Part shown: piece by piece, positions 63,694-64,000 of the stretch
How positions within the stretch are numbered: the first letter of the stretch is position 1
How the letters are laid out: the number at the start of each line of letters is the position of its first letter
NCBI GenBank assembly: GCA_964247055.1
Contig: OZ176053.1
Span: forward strand, 4,464,001 to 4,528,000
Length of the DNA: 64,000 nucleotides
Direction: 5' to 3'
From: Paragordius varius
Lineage: Eukaryota > Animalia > Nematomorpha
Notes under the pieces: generated by a model
Databases searched by the model: none
Seen by the model: the letters and a program-made list of their open reading frames with translations, nothing else
What the model was told of the DNA's origin: nothing
Translations under genes and position numbers: made by a program

Positions 63694-64000
63694 CTAGCGT
63701 AAATCTCGTGCTGTACGCAGCTCGAGGATGCCCTTCGGACTTCTGGGGGCTATTTGAAAAAAGGGACAATAAAATGATCCACATATGTGGAATGTTTCGA
63801 AACATTGATCTCATAGGAATTCCAAAACGGTGCATTCATACTAATATATTGTTTACTTGGGCGAAAAATAGATTCAAAAAATTATTTTTATGGACTTAAT
63901 TTTTTTAGAAAAGATGGCATTTTACGGGGGTAGCGGGTAAAAGGGCCTAAATTAAAAAAACAAGGCGACTATGTTCGGCGCAATCGAAAATAAGTAAACA
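63694..64000 (-). mobile_element. 3' end of a Helitron-like element running off the window
   Basis: The minus strand ends ...CTAG|T at 63694, 7 nt downstream of the GC-rich hairpin CTCG-T-GCTG-TACG-CAGC-T-CGAG (63705-63726). The interior resembles the 32.9-34.3 kb monomers. Confidence 0.65.

Overview
Very AT-rich (roughly 75% by eye) eukaryotic, intron-containing animal DNA; no rRNA, tRNA or CRISPR array was seen. Left half (about 1.9-32.5 kb), seven conserved spliced genes I could rebuild by hand: TRMT10C (+), an HSF5/HSFX-like heat-shock factor (+), CFAP20 (-), BRD7/9 (-), MRPS16 (+), WARS2 (+) and cytosolic MARS1 (-). Middle (about 33-48 kb), gene-poor, with a ~160-bp dimeric tandem array, nested piggyBac-like MITEs, hAT and Tc1/mariner MITEs and decayed fragments. 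Right end, a large anosmin-1/KAL-1 gene (+, WAP + FN3) followed by the 3' end of a Helitron-like element whose body resembles the tandem array. Most striking are the many 21-32 nt GT-AG introns (mode 22 nt) sitting beside kilobase introns, and the BRD7/9 and MRPS16 start codons only 30 nt apart. Introns this short suggest a reduced parasitic animal such as an orthonectid or dicyemid, but that is inference. All gene names come from my recall of family motifs, not from database searches.
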